A DNA stretch of 64,000 nt from an uncultured Burkholderiales bacterium (GCA_964438505.1 CAYTKN010000013.1:7626-71625); one strand, 5' to 3'; numbered from the stretch's first letter, positions 7,594 to 15,747 are shown. Numbers and translations are program-made. Notes: generated by a model from the letters alone, not told the origin.

Positions 7594-8739
7594 TCAGCCG
7601 ACGCCGACGGCGGCGAGGAACACGGCCGCCCACGCGCCGCAGACGACCTGGAGGACGCGGTCGCGGAAGACGATCTCCTCGGGTTCCTCGCCGAGCCCTC
7701 GGTCGACGTCCATGGCGTAGCGGTACATGGCGACGACGAACGGGAGCACCGAGAGCTGGAACAGGACGCCGCCGTCGACGGCGTCGGCGCGTCCGAAGGC
7801 CCACAGGGCGTAGGCGACCATCGTCACCGCCGCGGAGGTGAAGCGCATCTCGCGCAGCAGCTCCAGCGAGTAGCTGCCGAGCGCCGGGCGGGAGCGGTCA
7901 GTGCCGGCGGCGACCAACTCGGCGTGACGCTTGCTGACGACGACGTAGAACGCGCCGAACGACACGACGATGAGGAACCACTCGGAGACGGCGATGCCGG
8001 TCGCCGCGGCTCCGGCGCCGGCGCGCAGCACGAACCCGGAGGCGACGGTGAGGACGTCGAGGAGCGGCTCGCGCTTGGCCCACAGGGTGTACACGGCGGT
8101 GGTGGCGACGTACGCGGCGGCGACCAGCGCGAGCGCGGTGGTGCCGACGGTCCCGGCGAGGGAGATCGCGGCGATCAGCGAGAGCACGCCCGCGCCGGTG
8201 GCGAGGCGGACGGGGACGGCGCCGGAGGCGATCGGGCGGTGCCGCTTGTGGGGGTGGAGGGCGTCCGCGTCGCGGTCGGCGACGTCGTTGAGGAGGTAGG
8301 TGCCGGCGGCGGCGAAGGTGAAGACGACGAAGGCGAGGAACGCCTCGTTGAAGATGCCGGGCCGGGCGAGGCTGCCGGCCGCGACGGGAACGGCGAAGAC
8401 GAGGAGGTTCTTGAGCCACTGGCGGGGCCGGGCGGCGACGAGGAGGCCCTTGGCCACCGATCGGAGGCTCGGTGCGGGCGCCTGCTCGGCGCCACCGGGG
8501 GTCGGGCGCGGCGGGGCGAGGACTCCGGCGACACCGGACCTGCCTGCCGTGCCTCTGGTGTCTGCCATCCCTGTGGTGTCTACCATGCCTGCGGTGTCTG
8601 CCGTGCCTGCGGTGTCTGCCGTGCCAGTGGTGCCGGCGTCCCCGGCGTTGCCTGGGTCGCGCCGGGGACGGTGGAGGCCCTGGGGAGCCGCGCGGAGACG
8701 CTCCACCGCACCGGGCCGGTGGTCCCTCGCACGCTCCAT
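7594..8739 (-). CDS. ubiA: Decaprenyl-phosphate phosphoribosyltransferase (UbiA family, Rv3806c-like); start uncertain
   Basis: YLLNDVADRDADALHPHKRHRPIASG (NDxxDxxxD) plus multiple TM helices. Candidate starts are ATG 8739, 8586 and 8568; the last gives about 325 aa, close to the usual size. The track ORF upstream of 8739 looks like noise. Confidence 0.75.
   Translation of the reverse strand: MERARDHRPGAVERLRAAPQGLHRPRRDPGNAGDAGTTGTADTAGTADTAGMVDTTGMADTRGTAGRSGVAGVLAPPRPTPGGAEQAPAPSLRSVAKGLLVAARPRQWLKNLLVFAVPVAAGSLARPGIFNEAFLAFVVFTFAAAGTYLLNDVADRDADALHPHKRHRPIASGAVPVRLATGAGVLSLIAAISLAGTVGTTALALVAAAYVATTAVYTLWAKREPLLDVLTVASGFVLRAGAGAAATGIAVSEWFLIVVSFGAFYVVVSKRHAELVAAGTDRSRPALGSYSLELLREMRFTSAAVTMVAYALWAFGRADAVDGGVLFQLSVLPFVVAMYRYAMDVDRGLGEEPEEIVFRDRVLQVVCGAWAAVFLAAVGVG
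8548..8640. repeat. 18-bp tandem repeat x5 encoding (T/M)(A/V)DT(A/T/R)G hexapeptides
   Basis: The units follow CGTGCCTGCGGTGTCTGC, and two adjacent units are identical. The array lies in the N-terminal extension or 5' region of the ubiA-like gene and contains two of its candidate ATGs. Confidence 0.8.
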
Positions 8740-8782
8740 CAGCGGGTATGAACCTCGTGTCCGATGGGGTATCGCGTACCCC

Positions 8783-10618
8783 GTGCTCGGTGGGCCCAAT
8801 CGCGCGATCGCACCTTCCCTCCCCCGGTCGCGGCGCTCGGTCGCCGACCGTGACCGCTCCGCGGTCGGCTCGACGGCGGCGTGCCTGGGTGGACGCCTGG
8901 GAGCGCGCCTCGGTGGACTCCTGGGCGGGCCCGCCGGCGACCGGACGGTCGCCTGGCTGCTGTTCGCCGCGTTCGTGGTGGTGCGCCTGCCGTTCCGGGC
9001 GGAGATCCTGGTCAACTGGGACGCGGTCAACTACGCCTTCGGGGTGGAGGGCTTCGATCTCCGCCACCACGAGCCGCACCCGCCCGGCTACCTGGGGTAC
9101 GTGCTGGCGGGTCGGATGTTGGCGCCGTTGGTCGGCGGGCCGAACGCGGCGTTGACGCTGCTGAGCGTGCTGGCGGGCGCGGCGGTCCCGGCGGTGCTCT
9201 ACGTGCTCGCCCGGCGGTTCGTCGCGCGCCGCGAGGCACTGGTCGTGGCGGTGCTGCTCGGCACCGCTCCGCTGCTCTGGTACTACAGCGTCGTCGCGTT
9301 GAGCTACCAGGTCGGGGCGGCGCTGGCGTTGGGGGTGGCGTGGGCGTGCCACGTGGCCCGTGTCGAGGTGTCGGAGCGCCACCTGTTGGCCGCCGCGGCG
9401 CTGCTGGCGGCGTTGGGGGCGGTCCGCCAGACGGACCTGGTGTTCCTGCTGCCGCTGTTCGGGTACGCGGCGCTGGCGCACGGGGCGGCGGCCCGTGTCC
9501 GGGCGGCGGCGGCGTTGGGCGGCCTGTGCGTCGTCTGGCTGGTGCCGTTGCTGTGGTTGTCGGGTGGCCCGGCCGCGTATGTGGACCTCTCGTCGGATCT
9601 GGCCGCGCTTGCGGGCAACCGGACGTGGCTGCTCTCGCTCGACTTGGTGGGCACGGCGCAGAACTTCCTGCTGGTCGGTGCGGGGGTGCTGCTCGGCCTC
9701 TTCGCGGCCGTCCCGCTGCTGGTGTGGACGTGGCGGCGAGGCGTGGGGCGCCGGCTGGTCGGCGCGCAGCGGCGGTTCCTGTGGCTGTGGGCGGGCCCGG
9801 CGCTGGCCGCGTTCCTGCTGGTCCACACGGGCCAGCTCGGCTACGTGCTGCTGGTGCTGCCGCCGCTGTACTTGGTGCTCGCCGTGAGGCTGGCGGCCAC
9901 CCGCGAGGGTCTGCCCGCGGGCGAGGCCCGGCCCGCGGGAGGATCCGGGCGCGAGCAGGCTCGTGGCGGTAGACGACGGCGCCTCGCCGGCGCCGCGGCG
10001 AGCCCGGCGCTGGTCGTGTCGGCGGTGGCGCTCCCGGCGGTGAACGTGGCGGGGTTCGTGGCGCTCCCGGAGGCGTCGAGCGCGTACGCGGAGGCGACGG
10101 AGCGACCGCGGGATCCCTCGCGGGCGGCGATCCTGCGGCGGATCCGCGAGTACGACGTCGGGTTGAACGACGCCTACTGGTCGGCGGTGCGTCGGGGGGT
10201 CGAGCGCTTCGACCCGGACACGACGGTGCTGCTGGCCCGACCGAGCAGCGAGGGGAGCTTCCGGCACCTGGCGTTCTACCTGCGCGACTACCGGGTCGAG
10301 GGCGTGGGCCACGACCGCGAGGGCGACCTCGGGGCGCTGTTCAACGCCCGGGACGGGTCGACCGACTACGAGGTCGACGGGCTCTCCGAGGCGGATCCGG
10401 TGTTGCGTCTGCCGGCGGGGGTGCGCCACGTCCTGACGGTGGAGGGGTTGGTGCAGCGCGACTTCGACACCGACGGGCTGGCGTCGGTGAGCTGGGGGCT
10501 GCCCGGCGGCGGTCGGATGTTGCACGTCGTGGTGCCCGAGGGCGCGACCCTGCGCTTCGACGGGGACCGCTCCGACGGATGGATCACCGTCGAGCCTTCC
10601 CGCTGGCGAGAGGCCTGA
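8783..10618 (+). CDS. Polytopic GT-C-type glycosyltransferase (ArnT/PMT-like); candidate arabinosyltransferase
   Basis: This is the real part of track ORF 8300..10618. It has many TM helices, a first-loop motif NWDAVNYAFGVEGFDLRHHEPHPPGY, and a soluble C-terminal domain of about 190 aa. It is divergent from the DPA operon. The GTG 8783 start is a guess. Confidence 0.7.
   Translation: MLGGPNRAIAPSLPRSRRSVADRDRSAVGSTAACLGGRLGARLGGLLGGPAGDRTVAWLLFAAFVVVRLPFRAEILVNWDAVNYAFGVEGFDLRHHEPHPPGYLGYVLAGRMLAPLVGGPNAALTLLSVLAGAAVPAVLYVLARRFVARREALVVAVLLGTAPLLWYYSVVALSYQVGAALALGVAWACHVARVEVSERHLLAAAALLAALGAVRQTDLVFLLPLFGYAALAHGAAARVRAAAALGGLCVVWLVPLLWLSGGPAAYVDLSSDLAALAGNRTWLLSLDLVGTAQNFLLVGAGVLLGLFAAVPLLVWTWRRGVGRRLVGAQRRFLWLWAGPALAAFLLVHTGQLGYVLLVLPPLYLVLAVRLAATREGLPAGEARPAGGSGREQARGGRRRRLAGAAASPALVVSAVALPAVNVAGFVALPEASSAYAEATERPRDPSRAAILRRIREYDVGLNDAYWSAVRRGVERFDPDTTVLLARPSSEGSFRHLAFYLRDYRVEGVGHDREGDLGALFNARDGSTDYEVDGLSEADPVLRLPAGVRHVLTVEGLVQRDFDTDGLASVSWGLPGGGRMLHVVVPEGATLRFDGDRSDGWITVEPSRWREA
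10132..10213 (+). repeat. 82-bp direct repeat, left copy (inside the GT-C gene)
   Basis: CCTGCGGCGGATCCGCGAGTACGACGTCGGGTTGAACGACGCCTACTGGTCGGCGGTGCGTCGGGGGGTCGAGCGCTTCGAC is identical to 11969-12050. Coordinates were anchored on ORF frames. Confidence 0.9.
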
Positions 10619-10644
10619 CCAACGGCGCTGAGCGTCCGTCCTCG

Positions 10645-10757
10645 TGGTCAACGATGGGCAACGCCTGTCGAGTGGCATGCGCCAATGTTTGTGGGCATGT
10701 GCTTGCAATAGTTGGCATTCACCAATTATCATTGGCACTTGGCCATGATATTGGTCA
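10645..10757 (+). repeat. Iteron-like array of eight TGG(N)CA motifs in a locally AT-rich gap
   Basis: Motifs start at 10645, 10655, 10673, 10692, 10713, 10733, 10740 and 10752, mostly 10 or about 20 bp apart. Line 10681-10740 is 43% GC by hand count. The array lies upstream of the NTase gene. Confidence 0.6.
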
Positions 10758-10847
10758 ATCGCCAGTATCTTGAGCCATCACCAACAACGAGGTCATGGCG
10801 CTCGCCGGGCGATCGGCGCGCCCTCACCGTGAGAGGAGCACCGGAGC

Positions 10848-11483
10848 GTGCTGTTGCAACAACCCCTGGCGACGGTGACCCCGACGGTCGACGGTGACGT
10901 GCTCGCTGCGCTCGCTCATGCGGAGCGGGCCTTCAGTTCCCGAGCGCTGCACCGCGTCATCGGTCGATACTCTCCAGAAGGGGTTCGCCGCTCGCTCAAC
11001 CGACTCGTCGCCCAGGGGATCGTCACGGTGGAGGACGCCCCTCCCGCGAAGCTCTACCGCTTGAACCGCTCGCACCTCGCTGCACCCCACGTGATCGGGC
11101 TCGCGTCGATGCGCGACGAGCTCCTGAGGCGGCTCCGTAATCGGCTCGCCACGTGGGCTCCTGCACCCGTCTACGCTGCGTTGTTCGGTTCAGCAGCGCG
11201 TGGGGACATGAGTGAGGACAGCGACATCGATCTCTTCGTGGTGCGACCTCGAGACGTGGTGTTGGACGACCCGGGCTGGACGGAACAGGTGAACGCGCTC
11301 GCCTCCGATGCTTTCGACTGGACGGGCAACGATCTCCGCACGTTCGAGCTCGGCGACGGTGAGGTCGTCGCCGAGATCGATGCCGGGAGCGGCACGGTTC
11401 GGGCGATCCATGCAGAGGGGATCCCCCTCGCCGGAGATCACCGGTATCTCGACCGTCGGATGAGGCTCGCAGATCATGCCTGA
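10848..11483 (+). CDS. wHTH-nucleotidyltransferase fusion (MntA-like putative antitoxin)
   Basis: FGSAARGDMSEDSDIDLFVV matches the Pol-beta NTase motif GS-x9-DxD. The N-terminus looks like a winged helix (VRRSLNRLVAQGIVTVEDAPPAKLYRLN). The GTG start has GAGAGGAG about 10 nt upstream. Confidence 0.75.
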   Translation: MLLQQPLATVTPTVDGDVLAALAHAERAFSSRALHRVIGRYSPEGVRRSLNRLVAQGIVTVEDAPPAKLYRLNRSHLAAPHVIGLASMRDELLRRLRNRLATWAPAPVYAALFGSAARGDMSEDSDIDLFVVRPRDVVLDDPGWTEQVNALASDAFDWTGNDLRTFELGDGEVVAEIDAGSGTVRAIHAEGIPLAGDHRYLDRRMRLADHA

Positions 11484-11871
11484 GCGCACGTGCGACGCAG
11501 CCACTCGACGCGGACGCGCGAGGAAGGCCGACGAGTTTCGGCTCGCAGCAGAGGTGATCGAGGAGTACGCCGGCTCAGACGACGATTTGAACGATGCGTA
11601 CGTCACCCTTTGCGTCCACGCAGGGATCGCGGCAGCCGACGACGTCTGTTGTGCACGTCTCGGGGTGCATCACGAAGGTCAACGGCATCACGACGCGATC
11701 GCCCTCCTCGCCCGCGCGTCGACGTCGCTGACCCGCGACTTGGAGATGCTGCTCAAGTTGAAGACCCGCAGTGGATACAGCGCTGTTCGCGCTTCATCGA
11801 CCGACCGCAAGCAGGCTCGGCGAGCGATGAATCGGCTGGTGGACGCTGCACGAGAGAGCGCCGCCGGCTGA
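11476..11871 (+). CDS. HEPN-like protein (HepT-like putative toxin)
   Basis: It overlaps the NTase gene by 8 nt (ATGCCTGA). It is an all-helical-looking 131 aa protein with ARLGVHHEG (Rx4H). Gene order and size fit MNT-HEPN pairs, but the motif match is only partial. Confidence 0.55.
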   Translation: MPERTCDAATRRGRARKADEFRLAAEVIEEYAGSDDDLNDAYVTLCVHAGIAAADDVCCARLGVHHEGQRHHDAIALLARASTSLTRDLEMLLKLKTRSGYSAVRASSTDRKQARRAMNRLVDAARESAAG

Positions 11872-11968
11872 CCGGTGTACGAATCCGGCAGCCGGCAGCG
11901 CTTCCCGAGTCGACGAAACCTGCCGGGCCGGCACGGGCGGGCCAGGCGGGAACGGTGGGCGGTGCCGC

Positions 11969-12050
11969 CCTGCGGCGGATCCGCGAGTACGACGTCGGGT
12001 TGAACGACGCCTACTGGTCGGCGGTGCGTCGGGGGGTCGAGCGCTTCGAC
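11969..12050 (+). repeat. 82-bp direct repeat, right copy
   Basis: Identical to 10132-10213. Confidence 0.9.
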
Positions 12051-12098
12051 GGGGACCGCTCCGAGGGCCAGATCCGGGTCGACCCACCCGGGCGGTAG
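11969..12098 (+). pseudogene. Remnant 3' end of the GT-C gene (or of a paralogue), with an internal deletion
   Basis: It encodes LRRIREYDVGLNDAYWSAVRRGVERFD|GDRSEGQIRVDPPGR*. It joins the equivalents of 10132-10213 and 10562-10618 at the shared 10-mer GCGCTTCGAC. After 12064 the tail is only about 65% identical to the intact gene. Confidence 0.7.
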
Positions 12099-12145
12099 GC
12101 CCGCGCTGCGAGCCGGCCAGCCCGCCTCCCGGCGTTCGGACACGG

Positions 12146-13999
12146 ATGCGTTTCCCCTCGTGTGTGTCGGGGCATCAGGGGGAGATGAGCCGAGATCAGG
12201 GGTTCCGACGGTTGCTGCCACGGGCTCCCCTCCCCTCGCGGGGGCCGCCCGAGGCAGGCCGCGCACGTCCGGTGACGATCGGGGCGGTGGCCGCGGCGCT
12301 GACGGCCGCGGCGTTGGGCACGGCGGCGACGACCGGGGTGATCGGCGGCACCGACGACGACGGCGGCGGCGGGGACTCCGCGGACTCGGCGATGTCGGAG
12401 GGCTCCGAGCTCGTGGAGTCGGTCGAGGTCACCCGCGACCCCGACCACCCACTCCGAGGGTCGCTGCGGGTGCGCACGACGGCGCCGGCGGCGGTGACGG
12501 TGGAGGTGCGGACACCGGACGGGCACGGCTTCTCGGTGTCGCCGCCCCGGGCGGCCTCCCGCGACCGGACCGTGCCGCTCCTCGGGCTGCGAGCCGACGA
12601 GGAGTACGCGGTGAGCGTGGAGCTGCTGGCCGAGGGCAGCGACGAGGCCGAGACGGTGGAGGCGGGCACGGTGCGCACCGGTTCGCTCCCCGGGGAGCTC
12701 CCGCCGCTGGAGGTGGCGGCGGCCGGGGGCTCCGAGGCGACCCTCACGCTCTTCGACGTCGCCTACCGGGCGCCCGACGGCGAGGAGGAGGCCCGTGACC
12801 ACGGCTACCTGGTGGTCGTCGACGAGGAGGGCGAGGTGGTCTGGTTCCACGGCGAGGAGCAGTCGATCCAGGACGCCCGCCGAACGGCGGACGGCACGTT
12901 CCTGTTCACCACCAACGAGACGGGCGCCCGCGAGGTGTCGCCGACCGGTGAGCTGGTCGACGAGTGGGTGGGCAGGAGCGGCGCGGAGGTCGCGCCCGAG
13001 GACGACTTCGGCCGCCCGGTGGCGGGAGGAGACGCGGTGCGGGTCGCGACCGACCAGATGCACCACGAGATCGGCGAGCTGCCGAATGGCAACCTCGTCA
13101 CCCTCAGCCGGGAGGTCCGCAGCGTCGAGTACCCGGAGTCGCTCTGCGACGACGAGGAGTTCGACGGCAGCGAGGACGTCGGCGGGGACGTGGTGGTGGA
13201 GTTCGATCCCGACACGGGCGAGGTGGTCCGGGAGATCTCGCTGTTCGACGTGATCGATCCGCTGGACAACCTGGAGCGCACCCGGGCCTCGGAGTTCTGT
13301 AGCACGTACCTCGAGGACGTGTACCCGGAGAGCTGGCCGGTGCGCGACTGGACGCACGCCAACGCGGTGGTGCTCGACGAGGGCCGAAACGCGCTGATCG
13401 TCTCGGCGCGCCACACCGATTCGCTGCTGGCGATCCGCGACGCCGACGACGAGGACGGCCCGGCGGGCGAGCTGCTGTGGGAGCTCGGCGAGGGCGGCGA
13501 CTTCGAGCTCGAGGGCGAGGGCGAGTGGTTCCTCCACCAGCACGCCCCGCAGGTGCTGGCGGACGGCTCGATCCTGCTCTACGACAACGGCAACGAGCGC
13601 CCGGGGACCTCGCTGGAGGGCGGCGGCGAGGCTCCGTACACGCGCGCGGTGCGGTACCGCCTCGACGAGGAGGCGAGCACCGCCGAGCAGGTCTGGGAGC
13701 ACCGGGCGCCGCCGGGCGAGGAGCCGGTCTATGCCCCCTACGTGGGCGACGCCGATCTGACGCCGCAGGGGACGGTGCTGCTCGCCCACGGTGGACTGCT
13801 GGAGCCGCCGGCCCACTCCCCCGCGAAGCCGGACGTGGTGCAGTGGGCGAGGATCCTGGAGGTCGACGAGACGACCGGCGAGCCGATCCTCGACGTGCGC
13901 GTCGGCGACCCCGAGGGGGATGCCGGCTGGCGGGCGTACCGGGCCGAGCGGATCCCGACCCTGTACCCGGCGGGCTACGTGGTCGAGCCGCTCGCCTGA
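12146..13999 (+). CDS. Arylsulfotransferase (ASST) family protein, membrane-anchored or secreted
   Basis: Track ORF. It has an N-terminal hydrophobic anchor, then a beta-propeller-like body with HHEIGELPNGN, WTHANAV and FLHQHAPQVL...YDNGN, which resembles PAPS-independent ASST proteins. An alternative start is ATG 12185. Confidence 0.7.
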   Translation: MRFPSCVSGHQGEMSRDQGFRRLLPRAPLPSRGPPEAGRARPVTIGAVAAALTAAALGTAATTGVIGGTDDDGGGGDSADSAMSEGSELVESVEVTRDPDHPLRGSLRVRTTAPAAVTVEVRTPDGHGFSVSPPRAASRDRTVPLLGLRADEEYAVSVELLAEGSDEAETVEAGTVRTGSLPGELPPLEVAAAGGSEATLTLFDVAYRAPDGEEEARDHGYLVVVDEEGEVVWFHGEEQSIQDARRTADGTFLFTTNETGAREVSPTGELVDEWVGRSGAEVAPEDDFGRPVAGGDAVRVATDQMHHEIGELPNGNLVTLSREVRSVEYPESLCDDEEFDGSEDVGGDVVVEFDPDTGEVVREISLFDVIDPLDNLERTRASEFCSTYLEDVYPESWPVRDWTHANAVVLDEGRNALIVSARHTDSLLAIRDADDEDGPAGELLWELGEGGDFELEGEGEWFLHQHAPQVLADGSILLYDNGNERPGTSLEGGGEAPYTRAVRYRLDEEASTAEQVWEHRAPPGEEPVYAPYVGDADLTPQGTVLLAHGGLLEPPAHSPAKPDVVQWARILEVDETTGEPILDVRVGDPEGDAGWRAYRAERIPTLYPAGYVVEPLA

Positions 14000-14020
14000 C
14001 AGACGGTCCCGAGCGGCGCC

Positions 14021-14046
14021 GTGATCGGCACGGTCGTGCCGATCAC
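14021..14046 (+). terminator. Perfect GC-rich hairpin after the ASST gene
   Basis: GTGATCGGCAC-GGTC-GTGCCGATCAC forms an 11-bp stem with a 4-nt loop, 22 nt after the stop. No T tract follows. It could equally be a hipB operator. Confidence 0.45.
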
Positions 14047-14133
14047 ACACGCGTTCCGGACACGCGGTGACATCCGAACGAGAGATCAGAACGATCGTGC
14101 CGCGGACCTCCTCGATGCGGTAGGATCGTACCG

Positions 14134-14403
14134 ATGACGACACCTCGGCAGCACGATCGTTCCGATCTCGGTGTGCTCGGAGATGCGATCCGCCGGCGTC
14201 GGCGCCGGCTCGGGTTGAGCCAGCAGGAGGTCGCGGACCTGGCGGGCTGCTCCGAGCGGACGGTCCGTGCCGTCGAGCACGGCAAGGCGACAGTGCGCCT
14301 CGACGTGTTGCAGCAGGTCATGGCGACGGTCGGTCTCGCGTTCACCCTGGGCCAGGGCAACGGCGAGATCGTGGTGCCCGATGAGCATCGTGGTGTCCGA
14401 TGA
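14134..14403 (+). CDS. hipB: HipB-like XRE-family HTH antitoxin
   Basis: LGDAIRRRRRRLGLSQQEVADLAGCSERTVRAVEHG reads as an XRE-type HTH. The gene overlaps hipA by ATGA. Confidence 0.8.
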   Translation: MTTPRQHDRSDLGVLGDAIRRRRRRLGLSQQEVADLAGCSERTVRAVEHGKATVRLDVLQQVMATVGLAFTLGQGNGEIVVPDEHRGVR

Positions 14404-15647
14404 GCGCTGAGCGTCCACTCCCCCATGGCGGGGCGAACGTCACGGCGGCCGACGTCTACAAGGGCGAGCGCCTCGCCGGACGCCTGACCCGGGCGGGTGG
14501 CAGCGTCGAGTTCTCGTACCTCGACGGCTACCGCCGCGAGGGAGGCCCGCCGGTGGGGTTCCGCCTGCCCGTCACGAGCGAGCCGGTCGTCGCCACCGGC
14601 GGCAGCGTCCCGCCCTTCTTCGCGAACCTGCTCCCCGAGGGAGCTCGGTTGCACGCCCTGGTGGGGCGGGCCAAGACGTCGGCCGACGACATGTTCACCC
14701 TGCTGCTCGCGGTCGGCGCCGACTGCGTCGGCGACGTGCGAGTCGTGCCGACCGGCGCGGAACCCCCACGCCTCGAGCCCTCGCAGGCGGTCACCTCGTG
14801 GTCGGAGGTGGCCTTCGACGACCTGCTCGAGCGGAGCATCTCACCGGCGGTCGACGACCACGACCCGGCCGCGCTACCGGGCGCCCAGGAGAAGGTGTCC
14901 GACAGCATGATCACGTTCCCGGTGGACGGAGGGATCGGGCCGGCGATCCTGAAGCTCAACCCTCCGAGGTTCCCGAGGATCGTGGAGAACGAGCACTTCT
15001 TCCTCCGGATGGCTCGGGCCTGCGGAATCGAGTCGGCCGCGGCCCATCTGGTCCACGACCGCGACGGTCGCTCGGGGCTGCTCGTCGAGCGCTTCGACCG
15101 CTCGGTGCGCCCGGACGGCACCGTCGAGCGCCTGGCACTTGAGGACGGGTGCCAACTCTGCGACGTCTACCCGGCCGACAAGTACCGCCTGCGTACCCTC
15201 GAGCTCGCCCGGGCGATCGCCGAGCTCGCGACCCCGGCCGTGGTCGCCGTCGCGGGCCTCGTCGAGCTCGTGGCGTTCAGCTTCCTGATCGGCAACGAGG
15301 ACCTCCACGCCAAGAACGTCAGCCTGCTGGTGGAGCGCGACGGGCTGGTCAGGTTCTCCCCCGGCTACGACATCCTCACCACGTTGCCGTATCCGGTCGA
15401 CCATCACATGGCGCTGGAGTTCGAGGGCCGGCAGAACAAGCTGGCGCGGGACGACTTCCTGTCGTTCGCGGAGCGCATGGGGGTGGGGCGGCGGGCCGTC
15501 GAACGCTCCCTCGACCGGATCTGCGACGTCGCTCCGGCGTGGCTGGATCGCCTCCACGAGATCGGCTTCGAGGACGCCACGACCGAGCGCCTCGCCGTGG
15601 AGATGCGCGCCCGCCGCGACCGCCTCGGCGTCTCGGGAGGCCCGTGA
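14400..15647 (+). CDS. hipA: HipA-family serine/threonine kinase toxin
   Basis: LPGAQEKVS and the catalytic-loop motif IGNEDLHAKNVSL are present. Its 415 aa length, with HipA N- and C-terminal regions, fits the family. Confidence 0.9.
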   Translation: MSAERPLPHGGANVTAADVYKGERLAGRLTRAGGSVEFSYLDGYRREGGPPVGFRLPVTSEPVVATGGSVPPFFANLLPEGARLHALVGRAKTSADDMFTLLLAVGADCVGDVRVVPTGAEPPRLEPSQAVTSWSEVAFDDLLERSISPAVDDHDPAALPGAQEKVSDSMITFPVDGGIGPAILKLNPPRFPRIVENEHFFLRMARACGIESAAAHLVHDRDGRSGLLVERFDRSVRPDGTVERLALEDGCQLCDVYPADKYRLRTLELARAIAELATPAVVAVAGLVELVAFSFLIGNEDLHAKNVSLLVERDGLVRFSPGYDILTTLPYPVDHHMALEFEGRQNKLARDDFLSFAERMGVGRRAVERSLDRICDVAPAWLDRLHEIGFEDATTERLAVEMRARRDRLGVSGGP

Positions 15648-15698
15648 CCCTCGAGGCAGGGGAACGTCTCCCGCCGCACCGACGACCCGCCGGACTCC

Positions 15699-15747
15699 AA
15701 TGTGTGAGTGTGGTGCAGTCATATTGACTGCACCACACTCACACATT
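15699..15747. repeat. 49-nt perfect palindrome, copy 1
   Basis: AATGTGTGAGTGTGGTGCAGTCA-TAT-TGACTGCACCACACTCACACATT has 23-bp arms. It starts 52 nt after the hipA stop and ends 55 nt before the MFS start. Confidence 0.95.

Larger units (their letters stand above)
10132..12050 (+). mobile_element. Putative integrated or duplicated 1.84-kb unit bounded by 82-bp perfect direct repeats
   Basis: The direct repeats are 10132-10213 and 11969-12050. The interior holds the GT-C 3' end, an AT-rich repeat array, and the NTase and HEPN genes. No recombinase gene is present. Confidence 0.4.

Noticed and set aside
10691-10707. Sigma-54 type promoter (GGGCATGTGCTTGCA)
   Set aside because: The GG-to-GC spacing is one base short of consensus. 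Actinobacteria generally lack RpoN. It is better explained as part of the TGG(N)CA repeat array.
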